In this document: piece by piece, positions 28,558 to 38,933 of the stretch | How the letters are laid out: each line of letters starts with the position of its first letter | Numbering within the stretch: the stretch's first letter is position 1 | Assembly (NCBI GenBank): GCA_021324755.1 | Contig: JAJPIL010000006.1 | Coordinates: forward strand, 49,109-113,108 | Length of the DNA: 64,000 bases | From: Pseudomonadota bacterium | Lineage (GTDB): Bacteria > Desulfobacterota > Binatia > Binatales > Binataceae | Direction of reading: 5' to 3' | Translations under genes and position numbers: made by a program | Notes under the pieces: generated by a model | Databases searched by the model: none | Told to the model about the DNA's origin: nothing | What the model saw: only the letters and a program-made list of their open reading frames with translations

Positions 28558-31065
28558 CTAACGAAGCCACAGAATTAGCGAAGCTTCCAGCGGCACGCGG
28601 ACGCTCGGATAAAATGGGATCACACGCGGCGTGTAATGTTCGGCAGGTCTCGTTGTTTTTACGCGCGCCTCGTAGACAAGCGGCCCACTATTTGGGCTTT
28701 GCTTTGCGGTTTGGGTCATAGTTATTCGTTCAGGTTCTTTGTCTGGAAGCGGTTCAGCGTACAATTCGACGCGTAACCAATCCGGGCTAAGCTTACCGGG
28801 GTCGAGATTCACCTTAAAGAGATGGCCGTCGGTCAGTGGTTCGACCCTCAGGTCCCAAAGACGCAAGCTGGGCCAGCCGGAGGCGAGCGCCTTGTACCAT
28901 TGTTCGATCGCGACAGCATCTTCGATCGTACGTTGGCGATAGGCGCGTAGCGCCTCCGTATAGTACTTCTCCACGTACTCTCGCACCATTCGATTGGCCG
29001 AAAAGCGATGGGTGAGCTGAGCCATGCTCGCCCGGATGCGCCGCACCCAATCCTGAGGAATACCTTGGGCGTCGCGTCGATAAAACGTCGGCACCACTTC
29101 GCTTTCTAGAAGATCGTACAACGCTTCCGCCTCAATCATGTCCCAGGAGGGATCGTCGCCGTGTTCGCGTCCGTCGCCGATCGCCCAGCCGACGTCCGGC
29201 GTGTATGCTTCCGCCCACCATCCATCGAGCTCCGACAAATTCAGCCCGCCGTTCACCAAAAGCTTCATGCCGCTGGTGCCGCAAGCCTCCCACGGACGGC
29301 GCGGCGTGTTGATCCACAGGTCCACTCCTTGGACAAGCTCGGCGGCCAACGCCATGTCGTAATCTTCGACGAACACGGCCCGGTCACGTACCTCGGGCCG
29401 GCGCATAAATTCGTTCCATTCGCGTATCATCTCCTTGCCCGCGGCATCCTGCGGATGGGCTTTGCCGGCGATAATAAGCTGAACCGGCCAGCGGCGGCTC
29501 GTCAGCAGGCGCGACAGACGCTCCGGGTCGTGAAGCAACAGATTGGGGCGTTTGTATTCAGTGAATCGGCGAGCGAAGCCCAAAGTAAGGCTGTCGTAGT
29601 CGAGCGGAAGTCTGAAAGCGTCAGGGGCGTCGGCGTTGCGCAGCCGCCGGGTCTTCATCAGCCGGCGGCGAACGGCGTCAACCAATGCTCTCCTAGCTTT
29701 ATTACGAAACGCCCATATGAGGTCGCTCGGGATACAGGCGATTTTTTCCTCAATGGTTTCGACGTCCCCCAGCCACCGATCCTTGCCGCAACTTTGCGTC
29801 CATAGCTCGTCGGCAATCGTGGAATGCCACGACGGTACATGGATCCCGTTCGTTACGTGCCCCACGGGAACCTCGCTGAGCGGCCAGCGTGGAAAAACCG
29901 GCGCGAAGATCCGCCGGCTGACGGCTCGATGGAGCGCACTGACGCCATTGACGGCACCGCATCCCCGAAGCGCGAGGTAAGCCATGTTGAAAGGCTCGCT
30001 GCGGTCGCCAGGGTTGGCTCGGCCGAGCGCTAGCAGTTCGTCCACGCTGATTCGCAGCATCTCGGCGAGAATCTCAAAGCAGGGCGCGAACATGTGGGGC
30101 TCGAAGCGATCGAATCCGGCTGGTACGGGCGTGTGGGTGGTGAAAATGTTTCCCACGCGGGTGCGTCTGAGCGCCACGTGAAACGGCTGGCCGGTTCGCT
30201 CCATAAAATCCCGCGCTCGCTCCAGCACGGCGAAAGCCGCGTGTCCCTCGTTGAGATGGCAAATTTCGCATTCGATACCCAAGCTCCGAAGCACGCGCCA
30301 CCCACCGATTCCAAGCGCTATTTCTTGTTGGAGCCGCATCAACGAACCGCCCCCGTAAAGCTCTGAGGTAATAGCCCGATCGGCTGGCGTATTGAGCGGA
30401 TCGTTGGCGTCGAGAAGAAAGAGCGTTGTCCGCCCGACTTTAACCTGCCAGCAACGCAGATAAAGAGTACGGCCTGGAAGGGTAATTTCCACGCGCAACC
30501 ATTCCCCATCCGGGGTTTGCACCGGCAAAATGGGCAGCATCGCTGGGTTGTTGTAAGGAAAGAACTCGAGTTGCTCGCCACGAGAGCCGATGACCTGGCG
30601 GAAGTACCCTTGCTGATAGAGAAGACCGATACCGTAAACTGGCAGGCCGAGGTCGCTTGCGACCTTGAGAAAGTCCCCGGCCAAGATGCCCAGACCGCCC
30701 GAGTATATCGGTAGAGCTTCGCTGAGCCCGAACTCCATGCAGAAAAAAGCGATGCCGTTGAGCTTAAGCTCGCCATAATTTCGCTCGAACCAGGTAGACT
30801 GGCGAAAATATTGATCGCGCATCTGGTGCAAGCGCTTGATTTCCGCGACGAACGCCGTGTCTTGCGCCAGCGCCTGAAGGCGTTTTTGCGAGACATCCCG
30901 CAAAAGTAGCCAAGGATTTCCAGTCGCCTCCCAAAGCTCGGGATCGAGCTTTTGCCACAAGACGTCCGCCTCGCGGTTCCAGCTCCATCGCATGTCTAGC
31001 GCCATCTCGATGAGAGGTTCGAATTCGGGCGGAAGCTTACGCGGGAGATAGTGATCGTAATTCAC
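28558..31065 (-). CDS. glgP: Alpha-glucan phosphorylase (GT35, bacterial GlgP-type with N-terminal DUF3417-like region)
   Basis: 835 aa; SGGLGILAGDFLKVASDLGLPVYGIGLLY motif and pyridoxal-phosphate Lys region. Confidence 0.85.
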   Translation of the reverse strand: MNYDHYLPRKLPPEFEPLIEMALDMRWSWNREADVLWQKLDPELWEATGNPWLLLRDVSQKRLQALAQDTAFVAEIKRLHQMRDQYFRQSTWFERNYGELKLNGIAFFCMEFGLSEALPIYSGGLGILAGDFLKVASDLGLPVYGIGLLYQQGYFRQVIGSRGEQLEFFPYNNPAMLPILPVQTPDGEWLRVEITLPGRTLYLRCWQVKVGRTTLFLLDANDPLNTPADRAITSELYGGGSLMRLQQEIALGIGGWRVLRSLGIECEICHLNEGHAAFAVLERARDFMERTGQPFHVALRRTRVGNIFTTHTPVPAGFDRFEPHMFAPCFEILAEMLRISVDELLALGRANPGDRSEPFNMAYLALRGCGAVNGVSALHRAVSRRIFAPVFPRWPLSEVPVGHVTNGIHVPSWHSTIADELWTQSCGKDRWLGDVETIEEKIACIPSDLIWAFRNKARRALVDAVRRRLMKTRRLRNADAPDAFRLPLDYDSLTLGFARRFTEYKRPNLLLHDPERLSRLLTSRRWPVQLIIAGKAHPQDAAGKEMIREWNEFMRRPEVRDRAVFVEDYDMALAAELVQGVDLWINTPRRPWEACGTSGMKLLVNGGLNLSELDGWWAEAYTPDVGWAIGDGREHGDDPSWDMIEAEALYDLLESEVVPTFYRRDAQGIPQDWVRRIRASMAQLTHRFSANRMVREYVEKYYTEALRAYRQRTIEDAVAIEQWYKALASGWPSLRLWDLRVEPLTDGHLFKVNLDPGKLSPDWLRVELYAEPLPDKEPERITMTQTAKQSPNSGPLVYEARVKTTRPAEHYTPRVIPFYPSVRVPLEASLILWLR

Positions 31066-31200
31066 TGACGGTGTATCCCCTTTTTGGGTTTAGCAAGTCG
31101 CCTCTGATTAATTCTGGTAAACCAATTTCGTGATCTGCAAGAGAGATGTTAGCGTCGAATTATTTTGGACCTTTCTTTGGAAGGGCAGAAGGTCCGCCTT

Positions 31201-33357
31201 CTAGCCCGAATGGCCGGGCCTTTCGAGCACGACAAGGGAGCGCGGGACGAGTTCGAACACTTGGCCGTTAAATACTGGCTCTCTGCCCGAGTCTGGGGCG
31301 TCATAAGGCGCGGGCGCCCCGGTATTAATGACTATTCGCCAGGGTTGCGCACCGGCCGGCGGCGGCACCGTAAATTGAACAGAATGTTCTTCTGCGTTGA
31401 ACATTAGGTATAAGTCTCCTCTTGCGGATTCCAGGTCTCTTATGAGGCATGCGAGGGCTCGCTCTGGACCGTTCCATTGGGGGTAATTTCCGTTTGCGTC
31501 AAACCAAGAAACTTCCGCTTCGGTATAAAATCGTTCCCGGCGCAAAACTCCGTGGTCGTTGCGAAAAGCTATCATTTTGCGCACGAAGCGGAACAGCTCG
31601 CGGTTGCGCTCGAGCAGCCTCCAGTCGTACCAGGAGGTCTCGTTGTCCTGGCAGTAAGCGTTATTGTTGCCGCGCTGAGTGCGCCCGAATTCGTCTCCTC
31701 CAAGTATCATGGGCACGCCGCGCGACAACAGCAGCGTGGCGATCATGTTTTTCATCTGGCGCAGGCGGACGGCGTTGATCGAGGGGTCGTCGGTTTCGCC
31801 TTCGACGCCATAGTTGCAACTGAAGTTGACATCGCTACCGTCTCGGTTGCCCTCGCCGTTTGCCTCATTATGTTTTCGTTCGTAGCTGACGAGGTCGCGC
31901 AAAGTAAACCCGTCGTGGCAAGTGATAAAGTTGATGCTGTTCAGCGGCGCTCGGCCAGAGTGTTGATAGATATCGGCGCTGCCGCACAAGCGACTGGCGA
32001 ACAAACCGAGCATTCCGCGGTCGCCTCGCCAGAAACGGCGTACCTCGTCGCGGTAGCGTCCGTTCCATTCGGACCAATGAAGCCCCGGGAAGCATCCTAC
32101 CATGTAAGCGCCGCCAGCATCCCATGCCTCCGCGATCAATTTGACGCCGCGCAGGATGGGATCTTCAGCGATGCGCTCGAGAAGTGGCGCGTTAGGCGTG
32201 ATGTTGCCCGACTCGTCGCGCCCGAGGATCGCGGCAAGGTCGAACCTGAAGCCGTCGACATGCATCTCGGTCACCCAATGGCGTAGACAATCAAGGATAA
32301 GTTCCCGTACGACGGGATGATTGCAATTGAGCGTGTTGCCGCAACCAGAGAAGTTTTTGTAGCGACGCTTGTCGTCCTCGAGCAGGTAGTAGACCGGATT
32401 CTCGATGCCACGGAAGCTGAGCGTGGGCCCGGTTTCGTCGCCTTCCGCAGTGTGATTGAACACGACGTCGAGAATCACTTCGATGTCCGCGGCGTGAAGT
32501 GCGCGCACCATTTCTTTGAACTCGGCGACTTGTTGGCCGCGCCCTCGGCTTGCGTAGGTTTCCTTCGGGGCGAAAAAGCCGAGCGGGTTGTAGCCCCAGT
32601 AATTGCGCAGCCGCGAGCCATCCAATGGGTTTACCCGCTTGATTTCGTTCTCGTTGAACTCATGGACCGGTAATAGCTCGATTGCTGTAATACCGAGCTC
32701 CTTGAAGTAGGGAATTTTCTCGATAAGTCCTCGGTACGTGCCCGGATACCGGACGCCGGATGAAGGATGGATCGTCAACCCCCGAACGTGGGTTTCGTAG
32801 ATTATAGTTCGCGACCAGGGATGGGCTGGTAAACGGTCGTCCTGCCAGTCGAAATCGCGAACTGCCACGATCCCTTTTGCGACATAAGGCGCATTGTCTT
32901 CGGTCGAAAAGGAAAGATCTTTTAGCGGCGAGTCGGGATCGTAGCCGCGGGCGCGATCGAAGTCGTATTCGCTTACGCCGGTCAGGGCGGTTGCGTAAGG
33001 ATCGACAAGCACTTTAAAGCGATTGAAGCGAAGACCATCGCGCGGGCGGTAGGGTCCATCGACTCGATAAGCGTAGCACGAACCTGGACCGATCCCCATC
33101 ACGCGTACGTGCCAAATTTCCCCTGTCCGATTGAAAACAGGATCGAGCTTTATTGTTAGGGAAGGATACGGATCGTCTGGGGAATCGTACAAAAGCAGCT
33201 CGACCGAGGTCGCGTGGCGGCTAAAAAGCGCAAAGTTAACGCCGCCTGGAACGACCCATGCTCCGAGCGGCAGGGGACTTCCGCTCTTGATTGTGAGGCT
33301 TTTCTGAGAGACAGCGCTGGTAGGTGAAGATTCGGTGTCGGGATGGCTTTCGCTCAC
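31201..33357 (-). CDS. glgX: Glycogen debranching enzyme GlgX (isoamylase, GH13)
   Basis: 718 aa; CBM48 N-domain (GVNFALFSRHATSVELLLYD), GH13 catalytic motifs (GFRFDLA, AEAWD). Confidence 0.85.
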   Translation of the reverse strand: MSESHPDTESSPTSAVSQKSLTIKSGSPLPLGAWVVPGGVNFALFSRHATSVELLLYDSPDDPYPSLTIKLDPVFNRTGEIWHVRVMGIGPGSCYAYRVDGPYRPRDGLRFNRFKVLVDPYATALTGVSEYDFDRARGYDPDSPLKDLSFSTEDNAPYVAKGIVAVRDFDWQDDRLPAHPWSRTIIYETHVRGLTIHPSSGVRYPGTYRGLIEKIPYFKELGITAIELLPVHEFNENEIKRVNPLDGSRLRNYWGYNPLGFFAPKETYASRGRGQQVAEFKEMVRALHAADIEVILDVVFNHTAEGDETGPTLSFRGIENPVYYLLEDDKRRYKNFSGCGNTLNCNHPVVRELILDCLRHWVTEMHVDGFRFDLAAILGRDESGNITPNAPLLERIAEDPILRGVKLIAEAWDAGGAYMVGCFPGLHWSEWNGRYRDEVRRFWRGDRGMLGLFASRLCGSADIYQHSGRAPLNSINFITCHDGFTLRDLVSYERKHNEANGEGNRDGSDVNFSCNYGVEGETDDPSINAVRLRQMKNMIATLLLSRGVPMILGGDEFGRTQRGNNNAYCQDNETSWYDWRLLERNRELFRFVRKMIAFRNDHGVLRRERFYTEAEVSWFDANGNYPQWNGPERALACLIRDLESARGDLYLMFNAEEHSVQFTVPPPAGAQPWRIVINTGAPAPYDAPDSGREPVFNGQVFELVPRSLVVLERPGHSG

Positions 33358-33376
33358 GGGGGTTGAACCGATTTCG

Positions 33377-34585
33377 TCAGCGAGCTACCAGACGCGCTGC
33401 AGCTTGCGCCATATATAGCTCTTCGTCCAAGGTAACAACGTAAGCTTTTATCGGTGAATCTGGTCGGCTAATCATCGCCTCGCGGCCGTTGGCAGAGCGA
33501 TTTGCCTGTGCGTCAAGAATTAAACCAAGTGTCTCAAGGCCACTGCAAATTTTTGCCCGTACCTCGTCGGCGTGCTCGCCGATTCCCCCGCCGAAGACGA
33601 CGGCATCGACACGCCCCAGTACGGCCATCTAGGCACCAAGGTACTTGCGAGCACGATAAGCGAACGCCTCGATCGCCTGCGCCGCGGCTCCCAACGGGTC
33701 GCGGCTCGCCGCCGCAAGAACCTCGCGTATGTCGTCTGAAACGTTCGACAGTCCCAGAAGGCCCGACTCGTGATTCAACATTCGGTCAATCTCTTGCACT
33801 GTCATTCCCTCGCTGGCCAGATACAGGAGAAGACCGGGATCGACGTCACCTGCCCGGGTTCCCATCATCAGCCCTTCGAGCGGCGTAAGTCCCATCGAGG
33901 TGTCCACCGAGCGGCCTGCCGCTATCGCCGTGACCGAGCATCCACCACCGAGCTGCATCGTGATAAGGTTAAGCTCCTCCTTAGGCTTTTTCATCAGCGT
34001 GGCGGTTCGTTCGAGCATGTAAGCGTGGCCGATACCGTGAAAGCCGAAGCGGCGGATCCCATACTTCTCGGACACTCGGCGCGGGATGGCATAAAGACGC
34101 GCATGGATGGGAATCGTATGATGAAATGCTGTATCTGGCACCACTACTGGAATTGCGTTTGGAAGCTCTTGTCGAACCGCCTCCAACGTTGCAAGCGCGG
34201 CCGGATTGTGCAGAGGCGCAAACTTGCTCGCCTCTCGCAGGGCGCGGATCGTGTCGTCGTCTGCTAAAGTAGCGTCTTTAATTTTCTCGCCGCCGTGAAC
34301 AACCCGATGTGCTACGACATCGACGTCAACCCTTCTCAGAACCGAGCGGAGCCATTGTAGCGCGTCCAACGCCGCGCCTTGATGGTCGGTTATAGAAAGC
34401 TTTTGTCTCAGTTCTTGGCCGCCTGCTGTTTTCAAAACGCGCTGACACTGGGGGTGGCCGAGGTCTTCGTAATGTCCCAGCGCGATAGTTGTTCGCTCAA
34501 AGTCGACCTGACGACTCAGCTCCAGAAGCTCAAACTTTAACGAAGAGCTGCCGCAGTTAAAGACAAGGGTTTTTAGCGGGCGCAT
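33377..34585 (-). pseudogene. ackA: Acetate kinase interrupted by an in-frame TAG (amber) codon at 33629-33631
   Basis: N-terminal part (MRPLKTLVFNCGSSSLKFELL ... ARKYLGA) ends at TAG. The next codon is ATG and continues in the same frame (MAVLGRVDAVVFGGGIGE...), which is the C-terminus of acetate kinase. The stop replaces the conserved Tyr of the KYIGAY motif. The ORF track shows a long spurious N-terminal extension, and the real start is the ATG at about 34585. Confidence 0.7.
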
Positions 34586-34593
34586 CGTTCTGC

Positions 34594-37326
34594 TTACAAG
34601 TCTAGGGGGACTTCCAGCAGTGGCGGCTTGAGTCGCATTCTTCCGTCGATAACTATCGCTCCTTTTCCGGAGGGCAACACCTTGACTGGGTTTAAATCCA
34701 TCTCGGTCATCTCCGGGACAACGTCTATCAAAGCCGAGACGCGCTGAATAACAGCAACCAGGGCTTGCCTGTCGGCCGCGGGAGTTCCTCGGTAACCGTC
34801 GAGCAGTGGTGCGCTGCGCAAATGGGTTATCATCTCGGCGGCGTCGATGTCGCTTACCGGGTGAAGCCGGAATGAGACATCTTTCAGCAGTTCGACGAAC
34901 ACGCCGCCCAGGCCACATACTACCAGGGGGCCAAAGGTCGGATCTGTCGTTACGCCTACCAGCGCCTCGATTCCCTGGTCGATCTGTCGTTGTAGAAGCA
35001 CGCCAGTCAGCGGTTTGCCAATCGCAGCCATGCGCTCTTGCAGTGTTTTGACCGCTTGTGCAACGTCTTGCTCGCAGACAAGACCCATTATGACGCCACC
35101 GACGTCGCTTTTATGCACCAACCCGGGTGCGATCGCCTTGGCCACCAGAGGATACCCCAAGCGTCTGGCAACTTCAGGCGCTTCCTCGGGCAAAGTTTGC
35201 TCCGCTTCGACGCATGCGATACCGGCGGCACGCAAAATGGTAGCAAGGTCTCGCGCTTCAACCCAAACCGGCTCGCTTGCGTCTTTCAAGACTCGTTCGA
35301 CTACAGCGCGCACAACCTCGCGCGCAAAGCGCGAAAGGCTCATGATTTGACCCCTGGGGCGCTTACGCCAGCAAGCGTACCGCCATGCGCTAGCCAGCGC
35401 CAAGGCGGCGCCTTCGGGAAAGTTGTAAACTGGCAGACGTCCCCGAGGACCGCTGCTCAGTGCTTCGGGTGCTCCTGCGGTGGAAAGGAATACCGTGATC
35501 ACCGGTTTCTCAGAGGGTACCTTGCCGGCACCGGCAGCTATTCCGACCGCGATCTGCTCCGGATTGGTTACCATCGGGGGTACGTACAGCACTACCAGGG
35601 CATCGACCTCCGGGTCGTTACCAACTAACGCGATGGCTCGCTCGTAGTCCTCGGCGGAGGCCGAGGCTGTCATGTCGATCGGATTGGCAAGTCCAGAGCG
35701 GGGCGGCAAAAAGGCGCGCAAAGCCTCAAGCGTCGGCTCGGATAGCGTGGGAAGCACAAGCCCGTGGGCTTCACAAGCGTCGGCAAGCAAAATCCCTGGA
35801 CCACCCGCGTTAGTAACGACTCCGATTTTTGGCCCCGGCGGTATCGGCTGCGAGGAAAGCATCGAAACCGCGTCGAAGAGCCCCTCGAGCGTGTCGGTGC
35901 GAATCACTCCGGCCTGCTCGAACAACGCGTCCACTGCGACGTCGAGGTTGGCCAGTGCGGCCGAATGGCTTGATGCGGCTCGACTGCCAGCAGCCGACCG
36001 TCCCGACTTCACCGCGACCACAGGCTTTCGACGCGCAACTTCGGGCGCAAGCCGCGCAAATTTGCGGGGGTTACCTACGCTTTCCAGGTAAAGCGCGACC
36101 ACCGACGTTTGCGGATCATCCATCCAATACGCCAGCAAATCGTTGTTGGATAAGTCGGCGCGATTGCCAGCCGAGATGAAAGTCGAAAAGCCGAGCTGAT
36201 GGGCCCGCGCATAGTCCAAAATAGCTATGCCCAGCGCTCCGCTCTGGGTGAACATCCCGATATTTCCTGGTAATGGTTGCACGGGGGCAAAGGTCGCGTT
36301 GAGGCGAATTTCTTGATCGGTGTTGATGATGCCCATGCAATTGGGACCCACCAGGCGCATGCCGCTTGCCCTTGCCAAACTGGCGATTCGGCGCTCAGCT
36401 TCGGCACCCTCAGCCGAGACTTCGGCGAAGCCTGCGGTCAACACGACGACTCCCTTGACGCCCACTTTGCCGCACTCGACGATTACGCGCTCTACCGCTT
36501 CCGCAGGAACGGCAATCAGGGCTAGATCAACTTCGCCCGGAACCTCACCAATGGAGCGGTAGCATTTGAGACCTTGGATCTCTTGGGCATTGGGATTGAT
36601 CGGATAGATCGGTCCGCGAAAGCCGTGGCGGACAAGGTTCGCAACTAACGCGCCGCCGATTTTACTCTCGTTGCGTGAAGCTCCTATAACCGCAACTGAC
36701 TTCGGGCGCAGAAGCCGCGCGACGCTTCGCGCGGCAGCGATGCGCTCGCGCGTCTCGACCGCCTCGATCGATTGCGGAGTCTCGCTGGTTGAAATCCACA
36801 AATGGATAACGCCGGACCGGCTGGAACGCCGTACCTTGAAGCCGCTTTTGGCGAACACTTCAAGCATACGGTTGTTCTCGCCTAGAACGTCGGCTTCAAA
36901 TTCGCTAATCCCGTTGGCCCGAGCGATTCGCGCAAGATGGGTGAGCAGCAGAGTGCCGATTCCCCGGCCTTGATACTCGTCGAGCACAGCGAAGGCAACT
37001 TCGGCACGCTTGGGGTCGCCTCCTCGAATGTAACGCCCGACGCCAATGAATTCCTCGCGGTCGCCTTTTTTCAAGGTTGCTACGAGGCCGACGTGGTTTA
37101 CGAAGTCGAGATTTGTAAAACGGGTCAACTCCTCTTCGGTCAGCTCCTTCTTGGGCCCGAGGAAGCGGTAGTAGATCGACTGGGGGCTAAGCCGTTTGAA
37201 ATGCTCGTAAAGTTTGGCTTTGTCTTCTGGCTGAATCGCGCGGATGTGGATCGAGCTTCCGTCGCGCAAAAGCTCTTCCACCGCGTAGGCGCGCAAATCG
37301 GCCGCTGACGTTAGCTGCTCTGTCAC
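34594..37326 (-). CDS. GNAT acetyltransferase fused to ADP-forming acetyl-CoA synthetase (NDP-forming acyl-CoA synthetase alpha+beta); Pat-like protein lysine acetyltransferase architecture with N-terminal GNAT
   Basis: 910 aa; N-terminal GNAT (QGRGIGTLLL), then CoA-binding/succinyl-CoA-synthetase-alpha-like domain (VAVIGASRN...GPNCMGI), then ATP-grasp (PLVAKAIAPGLVHKSDVGGV). Confidence 0.75.
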   Translation of the reverse strand: MTEQLTSAADLRAYAVEELLRDGSSIHIRAIQPEDKAKLYEHFKRLSPQSIYYRFLGPKKELTEEELTRFTNLDFVNHVGLVATLKKGDREEFIGVGRYIRGGDPKRAEVAFAVLDEYQGRGIGTLLLTHLARIARANGISEFEADVLGENNRMLEVFAKSGFKVRRSSRSGVIHLWISTSETPQSIEAVETRERIAAARSVARLLRPKSVAVIGASRNESKIGGALVANLVRHGFRGPIYPINPNAQEIQGLKCYRSIGEVPGEVDLALIAVPAEAVERVIVECGKVGVKGVVVLTAGFAEVSAEGAEAERRIASLARASGMRLVGPNCMGIINTDQEIRLNATFAPVQPLPGNIGMFTQSGALGIAILDYARAHQLGFSTFISAGNRADLSNNDLLAYWMDDPQTSVVALYLESVGNPRKFARLAPEVARRKPVVAVKSGRSAAGSRAASSHSAALANLDVAVDALFEQAGVIRTDTLEGLFDAVSMLSSQPIPPGPKIGVVTNAGGPGILLADACEAHGLVLPTLSEPTLEALRAFLPPRSGLANPIDMTASASAEDYERAIALVGNDPEVDALVVLYVPPMVTNPEQIAVGIAAGAGKVPSEKPVITVFLSTAGAPEALSSGPRGRLPVYNFPEGAALALASAWRYACWRKRPRGQIMSLSRFAREVVRAVVERVLKDASEPVWVEARDLATILRAAGIACVEAEQTLPEEAPEVARRLGYPLVAKAIAPGLVHKSDVGGVIMGLVCEQDVAQAVKTLQERMAAIGKPLTGVLLQRQIDQGIEALVGVTTDPTFGPLVVCGLGGVFVELLKDVSFRLHPVSDIDAAEMITHLRSAPLLDGYRGTPAADRQALVAVIQRVSALIDVVPEMTEMDLNPVKVLPSGKGAIVIDGRMRLKPPLLEVPLDL

Positions 37327-37757
37327 CTCTATGCTACTCCGCTGCTACCAGAGGTCTTTTCCCCAGTTAGCTCGGCGAAACGTTGTGCTAACCGATTATA
37401 CCATTTTGCTATTGCGTGATAGTGTAAAAAACTTCGCAAGTTAGGGAATGCGAACTGAGTAGTGTGAACTGCCGTGATTCAAAAGAACGTCGTTTTTTGC
37501 GCGCCATGAATGCAATGTAAATGCGATGCGGACCCTGAGCGTTGAGCGATGGCGACGCGGTGCCAGTGCAGCGGTATTCGGTGGGAAACAAAGAAAGAGG
37601 AAGTGGCGTGTCGATCGTCGTCACACAAAGCCGAGCTTTGCCCGTGATGTCGCCATCGCCTGGGTTATTGCGGTCCGCGCTTCCAACTCGAAACTGCTGA
37701 AAGCAGACGTCCGAGACGTCGAACGCGTGAAGCCTGCGAGCACGGGCCGGAATTGCT

Positions 37758-38933
37758 TCATATTCCTAGCGCCTTGAGCCCGGGCAATTCGCGCCCTTCG
37801 AGAAATTCGAGTGTGGCTCCGCCTCCGGTTGAAATGTGCGAGAATTTGTGCGCCCACGGCTGGTTTTTGACGGCCGCGGCCGTGTCACCGCCTCCCAGGA
37901 CGCTGAAAACGCCAGGATTGTTAGCCAAGGCTTCACCGAATCTGAGCGTGCCTTGTGCAAAAGCGGGAATCTCGAAAAAGCCCAGTGGACCGTTCCAAAC
38001 TACGGTCTTAACGCCTTTGATTCGTTGGACGAACTTCTCGACCGACCGCGGCCCGATGTCGAGCGCCATCTTGTCGGCCGGAATAATCGCTACCGTCTCG
38101 ACCCCGGCGTCGGCGCTGGGTTGGTAGGCTACTACGTGGTCTTCGGGCAGGACGAACTCTACGTGATGGCGTCGAGCTTCGTTCATAAGCTCTCGCGCCA
38201 AATCGAGCTTGTCGATCTCCACACGCGACTTTCCAACCTCGACTCCCTGCGCTCGCAAAAACGTGTAAGCCATCGCGCCGCCAACCAGCAAAGCATCAAC
38301 CCTGCTCATCAGGTTTCGGATCACGCCTATCTTGTCGGACACTTTGGCGCCGCCCAACACCGCGACGTACGGCCGTGCGGGATTGTCAAGCAACGCACGT
38401 AGCGCCTCTACCTCGCGCATCATCAGCAGGCCCGGCGCCCGTTCAGGCAGAAACTCGGTAACGCCCACGGTAGACGCGTGCGCGCGATGGGCCGTGCCAA
38501 AAGCGTCGTTGACGTAGATTTGTTTGCCAGCGGCTAGGGCGCGAGAAAATTCCCGGTCGTTAGCTTCTTCCCCGGGATGGAAGCGAAGATTTTCGAGCAG
38601 AAGCGTCTGGCCTGGCTCGAGCTCCGCGGTCATCCGCTCGACCTCGGGACCGACACAGTCCGGAGCGAATTTCACTTCCGAGCCAAGCGCTCGTGCGAGG
38701 TATTCGGCGACCGGCGCCAGGCTAAGTTCGGGGGCGTGCCGACCTTTCGGCCGCCCCAGATGCGAGCAGGCAACCACGGCCCCAGACTGAGAGAGAATAT
38801 AGCGTATTGTGTCGAGGCTTGCGTCGATTCGGCTGGTGTCCGATATTCGACCATCGTTCAGTGGAACGTTGAAGTCAACCCGTAACAGAACCTTTTTATT
38901 CCTCAAATCCAAATCTTGAAGTCGCGTAGCCAT
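37758..38933 (-). CDS. pgk: Phosphoglycerate kinase
   Basis: LDLRNKKVLLRVDFNVP N-terminus and conserved PGK motifs throughout; ATG at 38933 with GGGAGA upstream (ORF track start 38957 is a TTG). Confidence 0.9.
   Translation of the reverse strand: MATRLQDLDLRNKKVLLRVDFNVPLNDGRISDTSRIDASLDTIRYILSQSGAVVACSHLGRPKGRHAPELSLAPVAEYLARALGSEVKFAPDCVGPEVERMTAELEPGQTLLLENLRFHPGEEANDREFSRALAAGKQIYVNDAFGTAHRAHASTVGVTEFLPERAPGLLMMREVEALRALLDNPARPYVAVLGGAKVSDKIGVIRNLMSRVDALLVGGAMAYTFLRAQGVEVGKSRVEIDKLDLARELMNEARRHHVEFVLPEDHVVAYQPSADAGVETVAIIPADKMALDIGPRSVEKFVQRIKGVKTVVWNGPLGFFEIPAFAQGTLRFGEALANNPGVFSVLGGGDTAAAVKNQPWAHKFSHISTGGGATLEFLEGRELPGLKALGI

Noticed and set aside
29161-30896. Several 100-215 aa ORFs antisense or out of frame to glgP (29161-29805 plus, 30339-30896 minus)
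   Set aside because: Overlap a well-supported 835-aa phosphorylase gene; no motifs.
31477-32286. 269-aa ORF on plus strand inside glgX
   Set aside because: Antisense shadow ORF of the debranching-enzyme gene.
34586-34918. 111-residue N-terminal extension of the acetate kinase ORF in the six-frame track (MWPGRRVRR...)
   Set aside because: Highly basic, overlaps the 3-prime end of the upstream GNAT-ACD gene; the conserved AckA N-terminus begins at the internal ATG near 34585.
37327-37757. 430-bp gap between the GNAT-ACD gene and pgk examined for terminator or ncRNA
   Set aside because: Only a very short AACGtCGTT palindrome followed by T-run found; no convincing intrinsic terminator or RNA motif recognisable by eye.
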